Assembly: GCF_000143415.4 (NCBI RefSeq) | Contig: NW_003314272.1 | Location: forward strand, 406,184 to 470,183 | Reading direction: 5' to 3' | Length of the DNA: 64,000 nt | Origin: Selaginella moellendorffii | Lineage: Eukaryota; Plantae; Lycopodiophyta | Shown here: positions 14,281 to 26,447 of the stretch, piece by piece | Layout of the letters: each line of letters begins with the position of its first letter | Numbering within the stretch: the stretch's first letter is position 1 | The notes under the pieces: model-generated | Told to the model about the DNA's origin: nothing | Seen by the model: the letters and a program-made list of their open reading frames with translations, nothing else | Databases searched by the model: none | Translations under genes and position numbers: made by a program

Positions 14281-14639
14281 TGCCAAGACCCCCAACAAGA
14301 TTAGGACTAGAAAATGCAGAAGACAAAGAGAAAAACTAGTGGAGACGAAGAAGAAGCCTTAGACTGGTGTTGATTCAAATTATGGAGAAATGGAACAAGG
14401 CTAACCTATATATACTATAGGTTGATGAAGCTCCACCACTCTTGGATCAAGGACGGCCTAAATAAAGCTGAAGTCGAGGAGGTGCCACATCATCATCATG
14501 AATGTGGTTTGAGAATCAAGAATCATACGGAAAATCAGAGAGTCAAGAATAGGGAAGTGTCTCGAGAGTCAGGAATGTGGTCTGCAAGTTAGGAATCTAG
14601 CGAAAGTCAGGAATTCCAAAAATTGGGGGATTCCTGACA
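14281..14639 (-). mobile_element. 3' LTR (~360 bp) of a Tcn1-like chromovirus
   Basis: TG...CA ends. Purine-rich tract (gaggatggggtg on minus strand) lies between it and the chromodomain ORF. Confidence 0.7.
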
Positions 14640-14699
14640 GCACCCCATCCTCAAGAACGAGTGGAACGAGGATGTGAATGAGAATGAAGAGGAGGATAA

Positions 14700-16554
14700 G
14701 ATGGGTGTCAAGGGACGGGAGATGGAGAATGAAAAGAATGAGGACTGGGACGAGAAGGATAGCAGCGGTGGAAGTCCTGAACAAGGTTAGGAGAATGAAT
14801 CAGGTTGTCTGTAGATTCCCAAATGCGTTCCTCATGTCCATAACCCTTCCAATCTACTAGATAGTAGAGTTTAGACCGTGAGATCTTGGAATCAAGGATG
14901 TCTTGAACCTCATACTCAGACCCATCCTTGAGCTGCATTAGTGGAGGCGGAGGAATGACTCGATTTGGAATAGAAGTGGGAATATAAGGCTCAAGGAGAG
15001 AGGAGTAAAAAATGGGGTGAATTTGATATGAGGAGGGAAGTGTAAGGCGATAAGTGACAGGATTAATGATGGCAGTGATAGGGAAAAGACCGAGGCATTT
15101 GAAATCAAGTTTGGGACATAGCCTAGTGGTGGAGATATTTCGCCTAAGGAGCTAGACTTTATCTCTGATATTGGAAGGGGAACAATCCTAACGATAGACA
15201 TTGGCCAATGTTTTGTGAGATTCCTGAGCATGATGGAGGTGGAAGGAGATGGGGTTATGGATTTCCTGGAGCTTTGAGACAAATGCCTCAAAGCGGGGAT
15301 TTGAACGAGTGGATTCAGATGGAGAAGAAAGTGAGAGATTGAATTGGGGATTTTGGCCAGAGTTTGCAAAGAAGGGAGAAACTCAAAGGGAGGAGTGAAC
15401 AGAGTTGTTATAGGAGAACTTAACAAGGGGAAGGATATTGAACCAGTCATCCTGATGATAGTTGATGAAGCACCTCAGGAATTGTTCCATCGTCTAAATC
15501 GTTCGCTCAGACTGTCCATCAATTTGAGGATGATACGCCAAATAGAGGTTGGCCTTCACTCCAAGCAGCTGCAAGAACCGTTGCCAGAAATGAGAGATGA
15601 ACTAAGGTCCCTAATCCGAAACCACATCTGCAGGAATCCCATGAAGTTGGAAAATTTCCAGTTTTGCCATGTCCTCGCCTGAAAACTCCTTGGTATACGG
15701 TAGGAATTGCGCCATCTTTGTGAAGCAATCCACCATGACTAAAATGCTGTTGAAGCCTCTAGAACTTGGAAGATTACTCAAGAAATCCATGGAGATGGAT
15801 TCTCAAGGACCTGAAGGGGCTGGCAAGGAATGAAGCAAACCTGAAGGAAGGTGGCAAGGTACCTTATTCTGGGCGCAAGTGTCACAAGAGGTAACAAGAG
15901 CTTTGATGTAGTTGTCCATGTGAGGCCACCAAAACTCCCGTGCAACTAGCTCATAAGTTTTCACAATGCCGAAGTGATTAGCAGTCGGGCTATCGTGGCA
16001 TGCCATTAGGACCAACCTTCGAGCATCACCTTCAGGAACGTAAAGCTGCTCCCCATGGTACAACAAGCCATCTAAGAACTTGAACTCATCAAATTGTCAG
16101 CAGTCGGGAGTCACTAGGTGTCTAGCCTGAAGATGGGGAAAAATTTCACTGGCAAGGCCGTCAGATTGAAGATCGTTTCTGATCGCATCCATTAAGGAGG
16201 AGTCCTGAGGGGCCAGGGAATTTGCCATAACTTGAAGCCGATCAGGACCAAGGATAACCTAATCTTGTTGATCGAAGGCAAAATTACCAAGCCTAAGACT
16301 GAGATAAGAGTGCCTTGAAAGAGCATCAGGAAAGCCTTGAAGTTACTTGATAACAAAATCAAACCGACTTGGAATTGTGCCCACCTTGCCTGATGACAGC
16401 TCAAAACTCGGGAAGTGGCAAAGTACTTGAGATTTTTGTGATTCATCTAGACTGTTGTTTGATGGCTCACCCCCTCCAAGAAACGATGCCAGTCTCCAAA
16501 GGAATCCACAATGGCAAGGAGCTCCTTGTATTGGATTTCGTAATTGATCTCTGC
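14700..16554 (-). pseudogene. Chromovirus pol, 3' part: RNase H end, integrase, chromodomain
   Basis: AEINYEIQYKELLAIVDSF; integrase zinc finger CHDSPTANHFG...CDTC; chromodomain YEVQDILDSK...YLVDWKGY. Frameshifted. Confidence 0.92.
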
Positions 16555-16981
16555 AAAGTGGGAATTGTCATTATCCCACTTGTAAAATAAGGTTTCCAAA
16601 CCTTTATATAGTATATAAATATAACAAAATTCAACTGCATTGAGGCACATGCCATTTTATTTTAAACAAGGAAATGTCTACTCAATCACTTCTCCTCCCC
16701 CTGCCACTGCTTCACCTCTCTCTTCTCCTTGTCATCGTCGTCCAATTTCTTTCCATCCTTTTAATATTGGCTCAGTTGCTCCGAGTCTAGGTGGAGCCCA
16801 AGTCCCCATTCAATCTTTACTTTCCCATTATTAATAAAACAACTTCGTAGACTTCCAATAACATGCTGTAACACTTCTAGTATAATGCAAATCCTCTCAA
16901 AGAATTGTCTTTTAATATTAATACAATGGCATGGAACCCCATGCCATAATAAGTTACATTTTTAAATAAATACATGCCATC

Positions 16982-19900
16982 TCAGACTGTTATTTTTTGC
17001 CTCCAACGCCTATACAATAATCTTGGAATTTCATCACTCTCCACACTATCAGGATTTAAACCCAATAGTAATGCCATCTCTTCTCTAATACGTCCACGCT
17101 CATGTTCAGTGGTCGAAGAACCCATCCGGTTGAGCAGATTATGGAGATGCGGATAGTGCTTGGCTAGACAATATACATGCCATAAATGATGACTGGTGTC
17201 TGTCCGATCAAATGGCTTCTGATATACCGTTCCATCTGCCATTTGGTTGATTTCTGCAGCCACCTCCTGGACTGGCCGGTTCTCTATCACCATCGCTCCA
17301 AGCCGTTTTGCAAGGTCCCCCAGAACATACGGTTTCTTCTCCCTAGTTTCCATACTGCAAGAGATGGGGTGCACTGCATATGTGTGCGTGTTCGCTGCAG
17401 TTTTAATCGGCGAGTCATCGATGATGAGGATTTCACTTGAGCTAGCAGTCCGGTTCATCACTACAGCCTCTGGCTTGATGAAGATGGGCTTGCTACCCCT
17501 CACATGGACCATAGTCAAGCAATCCTCCTGCGTTAGGAGAAAGTCAAATGGTAATATTACTCGCGTTTGATCGTGCATCATTTGTAGCAACGTTAATGCA
17601 TTGTGGCGCATCATGGATGTCCAAACTCCCAATTGCAAATTGAACCCGGCCCTCTGTTTTAAGTGTCGCATGGTCATTATTAGATCCCGCAGTTTCTCCC
17701 GTGTGATTAATGTGAATCTGTCTCTTTTGACCAACTTGCGACCGCAGGCTTTGGAGGGTGCAATGACATTCGAGGACGAGCCACGCTCATGGGAGAAAAG
17801 GACACCGTTCAGATCAAAAACGATACAGTACCTTCGCCGTGACTCTGAAATAAAATGCGTCAGCATAAAAAATGGTACAAGTCAATTTTACCATCTACAA
17901 TATTAGCGAATGGTGCTCTCGATGGTCGTTGAGAGGGTTTTGGTCGAGGAAACGTGAAGGGCGGAAATACTCTCCTCTGCAATGTGGGGTCAATCGCATC
18001 CGATGGCGTGTGGGCACATGCCATTTCAGCTGTAGACTCTGGTACAACTGGCTCAGCAGTGGCATGGGGTGGTTTTGATGGCGTGTGATCACACGCCATT
18101 TCAGCTGGTGCCTCCGTTGGCAAAGTGGACATGACCGAACAGGCAACAGGGGCGGTGTAGGGAGGTTCCAACGGCGCGTAGTCAGACGATTGGGCACACG
18201 TTGAGTCCGTTGGAAATGAGGATACGACCGGCTCGGCGGCTGGGGCGGCCTCATGTGGGTCCAATGGCGCCTGGTCACCGTCAGTTGGATACGTGGACAA
18301 GATTGACTTAGTGGTATGGGCAGCATCAAGTGGAGCGTGGTCAGCTTGCTTGGCGTTGATATGGATAGTAGCCTCCACCAGCTCTGATGACTCTTGCAGC
18401 CAAGTAGAGTCCACTGGCGGATCCATATGCATGTCCAAATATCTCCCTTCGATTGAGATGGTATCCTCCCGTGCTACTAAAAACAAACTCATTAGCACAT
18501 TGAATCGACTATACTGTATTTACCATCAACTGCTATTGAGGAACTAGGACCGATATCACTTGGGCGCACTGCTGATTCTGAAGGATTGGACATACGTTTC
18601 GACCCTTGCTTGGCACTATCCTTCCTCGACACTAAAGGCTAGAATTTGTAAATTCAACTGAATAATCTCTACTTACCATTTGCTCTGCGACCTACATGGA
18701 CAATGTTAGAAATGGTAAAAGGTTAGGAATGGATGTACTATTATTTACCTGATGGTTTGTCTTGTATGACCTTCCTCCGCTGCTCTTTGGCCACCTCAGG
18801 CTGGCCATCGTCGTCATCATCGTCGTCGTCGTTATTGTGATCGTCACCATTGTGAGGACCATCCAAGTCCTCTTCGTCCTCCTCTTCTTCGTCCTCCTCT
18901 TCTTTGTCCTCCTCTTCGTCCTTCTGCTCTTCCTGCTCATTACTTTCTCTGGCTCCTCATCCCCCTTCTGCATTTCTTCCATAGGCTGCTCAGGCTGGAT
19001 GGCTTGTTCTTCCAGGACCATCTTGGGAAAATCATCTGGCCGAGTCTCCATCTCAAAATACAAGACATCCATAGCCTGTTTTAGTGCGTGACCTAGGACC
19101 GTATCCTCACCCGACTGTCTTAACATGGTTTCTACACGTTCTTGCACCCTTCGAAGACGACGAGATGAGAAAAACGTGGCCCTGACTTGAAAAGCTTCCC
19201 TCATCCATTGTACCTCTCCATTGAGATTGGGGAAGGGGAGTCCGCCATAGGAATCTGAGTCATGAGGTGGTGACTGCTTGCTTTCACTCAGCCCTTGATC
19301 TGCAATGAATGGCATGAGCACACACGCCATAACCGCGAGGCATTACCTATCATCTTTTCGTTGCCCTTCTTCCTTTTCGAATCAAACGCCTCTGATCTCG
19401 ACGACTGTCCAACGTGCTTTCACTTTTTATGACCACTGTCAGTTTGAGCTTGGCTGGTGCTTGCCTGTTTTGCCTTTGAAGAAGTTTCTTCTGCAAGGAA
19501 TGGCATGAGACCACACGCCATTGCAAATATAATTTGTACCTCCTTTTTTCCTATTGCTTGTCTGTTTGTCCTTCTTCGATGCGCCACCAGTGCGCTTTTC
19601 AGTCCTCGTGTCTGAATATTCACAACGATCTATAATCAAAATGGCGTGAGGCCTCATGTGACCTTACCTTGTGCAAGTTGTGAGCTCGGCCCAACATGGG
19701 TATCTTCAACAGTAGCTGTTAACGCCGTTTCAGCATCTGGGGGTGGCCACGCTCCTGCATACAGAGCTTGTGAGATAACATTTAAACTTAAAGTGTGTAC
19801 TCACCAGGTTCACAGAGAAGATACTGTTTTTCTTTGGCAACTGTAATTATATGCTCCATTGAAGTCACCTCTTCAATGGAGTTTGTCACCGCAACACACG

Positions 19901-22600
19901 GGACACCCTTGAGTAGTGCGGCTCGAAAGAATAGTCTGCCGCAGTTGTACTCGACAACGCATTTGCCCTTGGAGTCGGAAGCAGGTGACCCACCCGCTAT
20001 TGCGTTGAAGACCCAGCTGAGCATTTCCCATGCTGCACCTGGAGCTTTCTTTGGATTCGAAAGCTCCATAGCCGTCTTCAGTTCCTCAGGCACGGGTAAA
20101 TTGACCTCCCTCAGATCAATTCGATTGGCCTTGTCGAATGAAGCTGGGAAGTCACTCCAGTCCCACTCTGCTGCAGGACCAATAACAAGGGCGAGTGTGA
20201 AGATGCGGACATTCGTCGGTATCTTCTTCTTAGCCATTATCCCATGGATCTCCCGCATCTCTTTGCCTTTCAACCGAGCCTTCACCTCGTTCAAGACCTT
20301 CCAGAACTTGTGATAGGATTCGGAGTCGTAGATCATATAGTGGACTGAAGATTCCACCTCCGCAAGTCCCACCATTAAGTCAATGATGGAGCTGACTTCG
20401 TCTGCATGAGTGATCTCCTCGTTTGTGAAGTCCATCACACAAAGATGTTCTTGACCTGCTCATCTCCGTGGGAAACGATGCTCCTCCACCTTTGATCCTC
20501 ATCCGAATTCAAGTATACCCGGTAAGGTTCTCGATAGGCCTCTGCTGCGGGGTCGAGCTGTTTCTGAAGCCGGCAGTCGACATCAATCTTAATGAAATTT
20601 GGATACTGATCCAACTTCTCAGCTTTACTTTTTGTGGCATCCCGCAGCAGATCGATGAACTTGGGGGCCCCCTTCACGTACTCGTCGATGTCTTCATTTG
20701 ACAACTCCAGCGCTTCCATCATCTCTTGCGTGGTGTCGATGCTCACCCTCTCCACGGCCACTTGCTCGAAGATCCAATCCTTCAATAGCGCACGAGCTCT
20801 CAGAGTCGTGCACAAGTCCTCGTATGTCACAATATGGCCGAGAGTCATTTTGGTCTTGTTGAAGATTACCTCACCACGTAGAAGAGCATTAGCCACTGTC
20901 AGAAGGTCGTCGTCGTCTAGAGACCGCGAGAAACGCAAGGCGTTGAGCTTCAAATCATTGGGCTTCCGGCCATCCTCCACACCCATTGAGTTTGGCAACT
21001 CCCCGTCATGGTACCTCCTCAGCACATCTACCCATTTGGCAAAAACAACTTTTGTCGCGAGTAGAATGTTATGGATGCTGAGTGTGTCATTGACCCCCAG
21101 TGTTTTCGAGAGAAGACTCGAGAATTCCTGCAATGGAAATGGCGTGAGGCCACATGCTATGCCACATGCAACGAGGCTTACCTGCCAGGCGCTAGTTGCT
21201 AGTGCACGTCCTTGTCCTGGTTTTTGTGGCTTCTTTAGTTGAACCCAGAGCTTCCGTGTTCGTGCCAATGTCTCGTGCAGACCCGATTTGTAGCACGTTT
21301 CTTGCTTGACATTCTGCGCGTGGGAGATGTATATGATAGATCGGAGGGGCGAGTTGCCTTTTATCAGGCGGACAACTCTTGTCTTGAAGACTTTCTTCAC
21401 CTCCTCGCCCACCATAATATCCACAACTATCTCTTGCATCGCCAAGCTAGAATGCTGCCCGGAGACGGCATAGAACCGGATGTTCTGATCGTCCAACACC
21501 TTCCTATTGATCAAGTCTGGAAACCTCGTCTCGCCCTTCATTGTTCGGTAGTAGGGGATCACGTCTGCAATGTCAGGTGTTACTGGACTTGCCAGCATCT
21601 TCTGCTTCAGTTTCTCCACCCACTCATCAGATACTAGCCTGTGGTTGTATTTGCTTTGGATGTCGATACGGCTCATGTCGATTGTATATACTTTGTTGGA
21701 ATAGTAACAAGTACTATTATCTGCGACGATTTTTGCTGCCTCTTCTTGTTCTTTCTGCTCTTTGCGGCTCTTCTTTTTGGTGGGTGTAGTGTTCGAACCC
21801 GAGGCAATGGCATCACTGAGTAGCTTCTTTTTTGGAGCAGGAGAGTCGGACGTCGGCTTGAGCTTGACCACCCTTTTCTGCTTTGAGGTAGTTTCCAGAT
21901 CGACCCCCTTCCCCTTTGCTTCGCGAACTGGAGTCACTCTCAACGGCTCAATGTTGGAATATAGTTTTTGAACATCGCCGTAGGTGAGGTCCGTGGATTC
22001 CATGTGATCTTCATAGACCCGCAGCGTCTTTGAAATTGTGGGCCTCCTGGACAACCTCTCCCTAGCTCCCTCTAGGAATTCCTCATAGCCGCTGCCCCCC
22101 TCCGGGAAGCCGCTAGGATGTGCAAGGTGGATCTTGAAGGCAGACGCTGTCTCTACCACAAGTGCCAGTCCATATTCTTGCATGGAACTGCATGGAGTGT
22201 CTGTCACTTGGATGAGGATCCCCATGCATTCTTTTCTCCCACCATCTGTGTTGTACAGCCTCAGATCCTCGCCTTCCATCCCGAAAGTCCAACTGGTGAG
22301 CTCCTCCCCCTTCTCTGCATCCACATTGACAGTGGCTGGAAGAAGAACGCAATTCCTCGCCTGTTCAGAAATGCACAACAATTAGAGCTGACAGATGAAA
22401 AGCTAGTAGCTGGAAATAACGTGAGGCCACACGCCATTCACCACTGCATCAGATGTCTTGAGGCTGCATCCTAAGATGGCGTGATGCTTCACGCCATCTG
22501 TAACCGGACTGCACTCGAGAGCCCAATCGGTGCATGCCAATGTTGCTACTGAATGGCATGTGGCCTCATGCCATTTTCTACTTGGCCTAAAAGACTTACC
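16982..22600 (-). CDS. Multi-exon gene: ParB/Srx-like domain + DNA-methyltransferase-like fold + acidic/low-complexity linker + FCP1/NIF-type HAD phosphatase-like domain (one probable frameshift near 20435)
   Basis: ParB-like: IDMSRIDI..YNHRLVSDEWVEKLKQKM...FYAVSGQHS. MTase-like: IFVxMDF...LSWVFNAIA...VVEYNCG...RAALLKGVPCVAV. FCP1-like: CIVFDLNGVL...WTSM...IIDDSPIK. GT-AG introns at 22549-22599, 21128-21181, 19755-19804, 19612-19667, 19491-19539, 19300-19346, 18692-18748, 18477-18523 and 17845-17891; the last two were checked and are in frame. Confidence 0.7.
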
Positions 22601-23730
22601 ATTTGAAGCCGAATGGAGGCGTGACAACCGGACTCGCTGGCGAATGTGCACTGTGTGTGCAGCGGATCGTAGCAGCAAGGCTACTCTGCCACTTACAGTT
22701 GGAGAGTGGCGCTGAAATCTCCCGGGACGCCAAGTGGGCTGCGTGTGGGTGGCGGAGTGGGCGGCGGAGTTGGCGGCGAAGTTACAAACTGGGTGTGTCT
22801 TGAAGTGGACGCCGATGCACACGAGCGCGATGCGAGCGCGAGTGTGATGCAAGCGCAAGTGGACGCCGCTGCACACGAGAAACCTGTAGAGTAGTGGGAG
22901 CGCGAGTGGGAGCACGATGCGAGCGCGAGTACGAAGCAAAATCCAAAACCTAACCTCACATGCGCGAAATGTCACGACGGTTGGTAATCCCGCCACGTCA
23001 TCATTCCTCGGACTTGGGCGCCACCATTAATTTCTGGATCGGCGCGCGCATGCGTGAAATCCAAAAGAAATCCACAACGTCATCATTCCTCGGACTGCAT
23101 GCACGCGAAATCCAAAAGAAAGATCATGATTGGGATATCATTTAATACCCTCGCTATATTTATACCATGCATGATTGGATATTCCAAAGCATCTTATATT
23201 TCCAAAAATGCCAGATGTTCAGCTAAATAAATTGTCAGAGGATTTGATGTGACGTTCAAGCGTGTGGGCTCATGCAATTTTGATCCCAAAAAATGCACCA
23301 AAAAATGCTTGGCGTCATCTGGCGTTATCTCTTGAATGGCATGGGGTCGCATGCCATTTTCAGGAGCACATAGGAGTATATTCCTAGAATATTCTGACAC
23401 GCGCGAGATTGTTTTGAGTTTCCTGGAGATCCAACCGTTAGATCGCAACTAGATTTTATAGAATGGTATACAATGTCCTTCTTGATGACCCTGCAAAGAA
23501 GCATCTCGATCGAACACCACATGAGACCACACGAGCCTTACAATGATCAGATGCGAGATCACAAGAAACCAACTTCACTAACTCTGGTTTCACCAAGATC
23601 TACGTAAGGAGTTATGAAATGAAAGGACCCTCTCTATTGAAATGTGTTTATGGTCCTAGGGGCATTGTGACATATCAAAGGATTTTGCATCAAGTTCTGT
23701 ATTTGCATGTTTATCAAGCTACTGAATTGC

Positions 23731-23755
23731 TAAACCCTAAACCCTAACCCTAAAC
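23731..23755 (+). promoter_or_regulatory. Short interstitial telomeric / telo-box run (AAACCCT) between the divergent genes of element 1
   Basis: taaaccctaaaccctaaccctaaac. Confidence 0.6.
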
Positions 23756-24911
23756 ATGTGGCAAATGCTGCGTGAAGAAAGATGCCCTTTCTGGGCAAAT
23801 GCTGTAAGACGCAGATTCTGAGCAGATGTATCTCAGGCCAGCGAAGGGGACAAACGAAAGCTAGCTATAAACATGACGGGATGCAAATAAATTACTAGGC
23901 TGGTCCTGCGAAAATCAAAAACCATAATTGAAAACATTGAAAATGCAAAAAGAAAGGTTTATAATATTTTTGAATTTTAAGCAACCAAATGAATGTAAGT
24001 AGGGCATGTGTTTGTACGCCTCAACCACTTAAATTCCCAAGTAAATAAAGCTGTTTCTATTTTTGGTACAGGTAAACTTTATAGTGTGTGGGCTCATGCA
24101 ATTTTGAACCCAAAAATGCACCAAAAAATGCTCGACTAGCATTATTCTTTGAATGGCGTGTGGCCTTATATTGCCATAAATGGACGTACACACACAGCAT
24201 AATTATTCCTTTACACGGCGAATAATCTTGGCGCGGATCGCTGACATGGCATGGCAAAGTTCGAATCACTGACATGGCACAGCTGGATCGAGACAAGGAC
24301 ATGATGTGACAAAGTTCAACCTCCGACAGCAAAGTCTAGAAGCTACTCAGTTTGAAATTTGTCAGAGGAATCATAAGATCTGGTTTGTCAGAGGATTTGA
24401 TGTGATGTTCAAGCGTGTGTTATTTTTGAATTCTCGAACTCATTCCTAGGTCTATCATTTTTGTGCGCCGTGTTCTTGGTTCCGCTGAGCGCAGTGAGCG
24501 CTGCTTGTGTAAGCGGCGTTGTGAGCTGTGGTTTATGCGTCTATGAGCGGTTGCGGCATTGTGAGTGCCATTGCGAGCGGTAGTTTATGCGAGTGGCAGT
24601 TTGTGCGAGCAGCGCTACGAGCAGTTGCGGTGTTGCGAGCGGCGCTACGAGTAGTTGCGGTGTTGTGAGCGGCACTGTCTTTGGTGTGGCTACCGCTTCC
24701 TCTTGATATTCGGCACTTGTGCTTCCTGGTATGTTCACCATGGAATGGTTTAGGACCACATTTAGAAATGGCATGAGGCCACATGCCATCTTGGGCCCTT
24801 GCAATTTCATGGCTAGCATATTGTCATGTATGTTTTTACTTGCCTGCAGCTGTGTGTATATCAAGATGGCATGAGGCCTCATGCCATCTTTGGCCCCTGC
24901 TAGCCTATGCC

Positions 24912-25011
24912 NNNNNNNNNNNNNNNNNNNNNNNNNNNNNNNNNNNNNNNNNNNNNNNNNNNNNNNNNNNNNNNNNNNNNNNNNNNNNNNNNNNNNNNNN
25001 NNNNNNNNNNN
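24912..25011. other. Assembly gap (100 N)
   Basis: Run of N. Confidence 1.
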
Positions 25012-25845
25012 AAAACATATTGGGAAGAGAGCGGAGACTAGCCTGGTACCGCATGACTCTTCAGAGAGATCCATAACTGGGGATTGTATGATTCCTCAGG
25101 GTTTCCCCACGGCCGATGCACCCGGTATGGACTCAAAGACCAGGAAAGTATAGTGGCCGGGATTAGACAGCATATTGCCTTCTGGAAGAGGGGGTTGGTG
25201 TTTGGTGGAGAATCCTATTTTAAAAGGTGCAAGCCTTTGCTCGAATACTGAGAGAAGATTATATCTGCTATCCAAAATGGGCCGGTTGTATATGAAGAAT
25301 TGGAAGAGTCCTTTTGGCCAGAACCCAGAGCACCAGATAGTAGCGGAACAATGTCCTCTGGAAATGCAGTGACAGATAACGATGTTGAGGATCACTATTG
25401 TGGGCCGAGGAACAAGAAGCCGGATTCAGCATTCAATCCAGTACAGGTCTGCAAAGGAATGGTCGTGCTTGTCAGACCCAGTAATAAAAAACAAATGATA
25501 TGGGTGGGGCGCTGCATCACTGATGCAGAGGAGGATGCGGAAACTAACTCCTTCAATGTAACTGTGGAGTGGTTCAAGCCAAGTTCCGGATATACGAAGG
25601 ATTGCCTAGAAAAGAGATGGGTGCTGAATCCAAGGGATCCCAGCATGAGCATATCGGTGGATAATGTTGTGCATGGTTGGATGCGGAAGTAGAGTGCCAC
25701 CATCACCTTGCCAGACCATGCAAGAGATGCAGCAAGAGCATTCATAACCCGGGTTCAAGGTGAGATTCATTAATATTCCTTTACTAAGTTTCTAATGTAT
25801 TTTATTTCAAGGTGAACAATCCGAATCTGAATCAGAGGAGGCGTG
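25012..25845 (+). pseudogene. C-terminal part of a second element-1 protein, probably the transposase; its core is presumably lost in the gap
   Basis: Broken frame IVAGIRQHIAFW...LLEY*EK...EESFWP...HYCGPR...GMVVLVRP...IWVGR...VEWFKP (beta-rich tail). Divergent from the ParB gene. No catalytic motif visible. Confidence 0.45.
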
Positions 25846-26447
25846 ATGGCATGTGGCCCTTTGCACTAGTATATCTTAATACCGGTCTGAGAAATAGAAT
25901 GGCATGTGCCCTCAGGCCTTTTACTAAATCAGCTTTGAAAGAAATGCAAGCCTCTATGTCGTAAAAAAAAGGTACTAGAGAAATTCCTTAATAATATGAA
26001 TGTTATTTAGTTTCATGAAAATACACTAAGGGTCAAATGAGTTAAATGACTTCTCCAGACTAGCAATGCCTCTTGCTACACCTTCACAATTAGATTCGTT
26101 AGAAAAAGATAACATTGAATAATATCTAAATGTTCTCACCATTAAGTTATATGTCTGGCTAATAGGAATGACGTTCATCTTGGAAAGCTCACCACACGCT
26201 CAATGAACAAACAAATAGTGTGTGCGCGCATGCCATCGCTCTTCTTTAGCTTCAGATTCGGCTTGTTCACCTTGACAATGAGATTTATTATACAACCAGA
26301 TGGACTCAGTCTGGACACAAAGTCACCGCGCTAGTCACCATGCCCCAGATATGTCTAGCCCCTGGACAAAAAACATATAATTTCACGTCATTTTCAAATA
26401 CTTGAAAATTTGTACCTAGTCCCATTTTACTGAATAAATCCCACTTT

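Larger units (their letters stand above)
16926..25920. repeat. Dispersed 22-bp palindrome ATGGCRTG-N6-CAYGCCAT
   Basis: Good copies start at 16926, 18003, 18078, 19309, 19500, 21139, 22476, 22553, 23336, 24768 and 24866. Partial copies at 19641, 22416, 24153, 25846 and 25899. Confidence 0.95.
16555..26447. mobile_element. Element 1: ~9.9 kb unclassified DNA-transposon-like insertion in the chromovirus RNase H region
   Basis: Host pol breaks at FHLVS (~26460) and resumes at AEINY (~16554). Ends show an 11/12 inverted match (AAAGTGGGAATT versus AAATCCCACTTT). No TSD seen; boundaries uncertain by about 15 bp. Confidence 0.75.

Noticed and set aside
16555-16600. Helitron 3' hairpin
   Set aside because: No CTRR terminus, and no Rep/helicase motifs in the visible sequence; the gap prevents full exclusion.
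23731-23755. True telomere or chromosome-fusion scar
   Set aside because: Only about three units, located inside an element; a telo-box is the simpler reading.
16926-25920. Palindromic repeats as a CRISPR array or bacterial REP elements
   Set aside because: Spacing is irregular (tens to thousands of bp), there are no cas genes, and the context is eukaryotic with spliceosomal introns.
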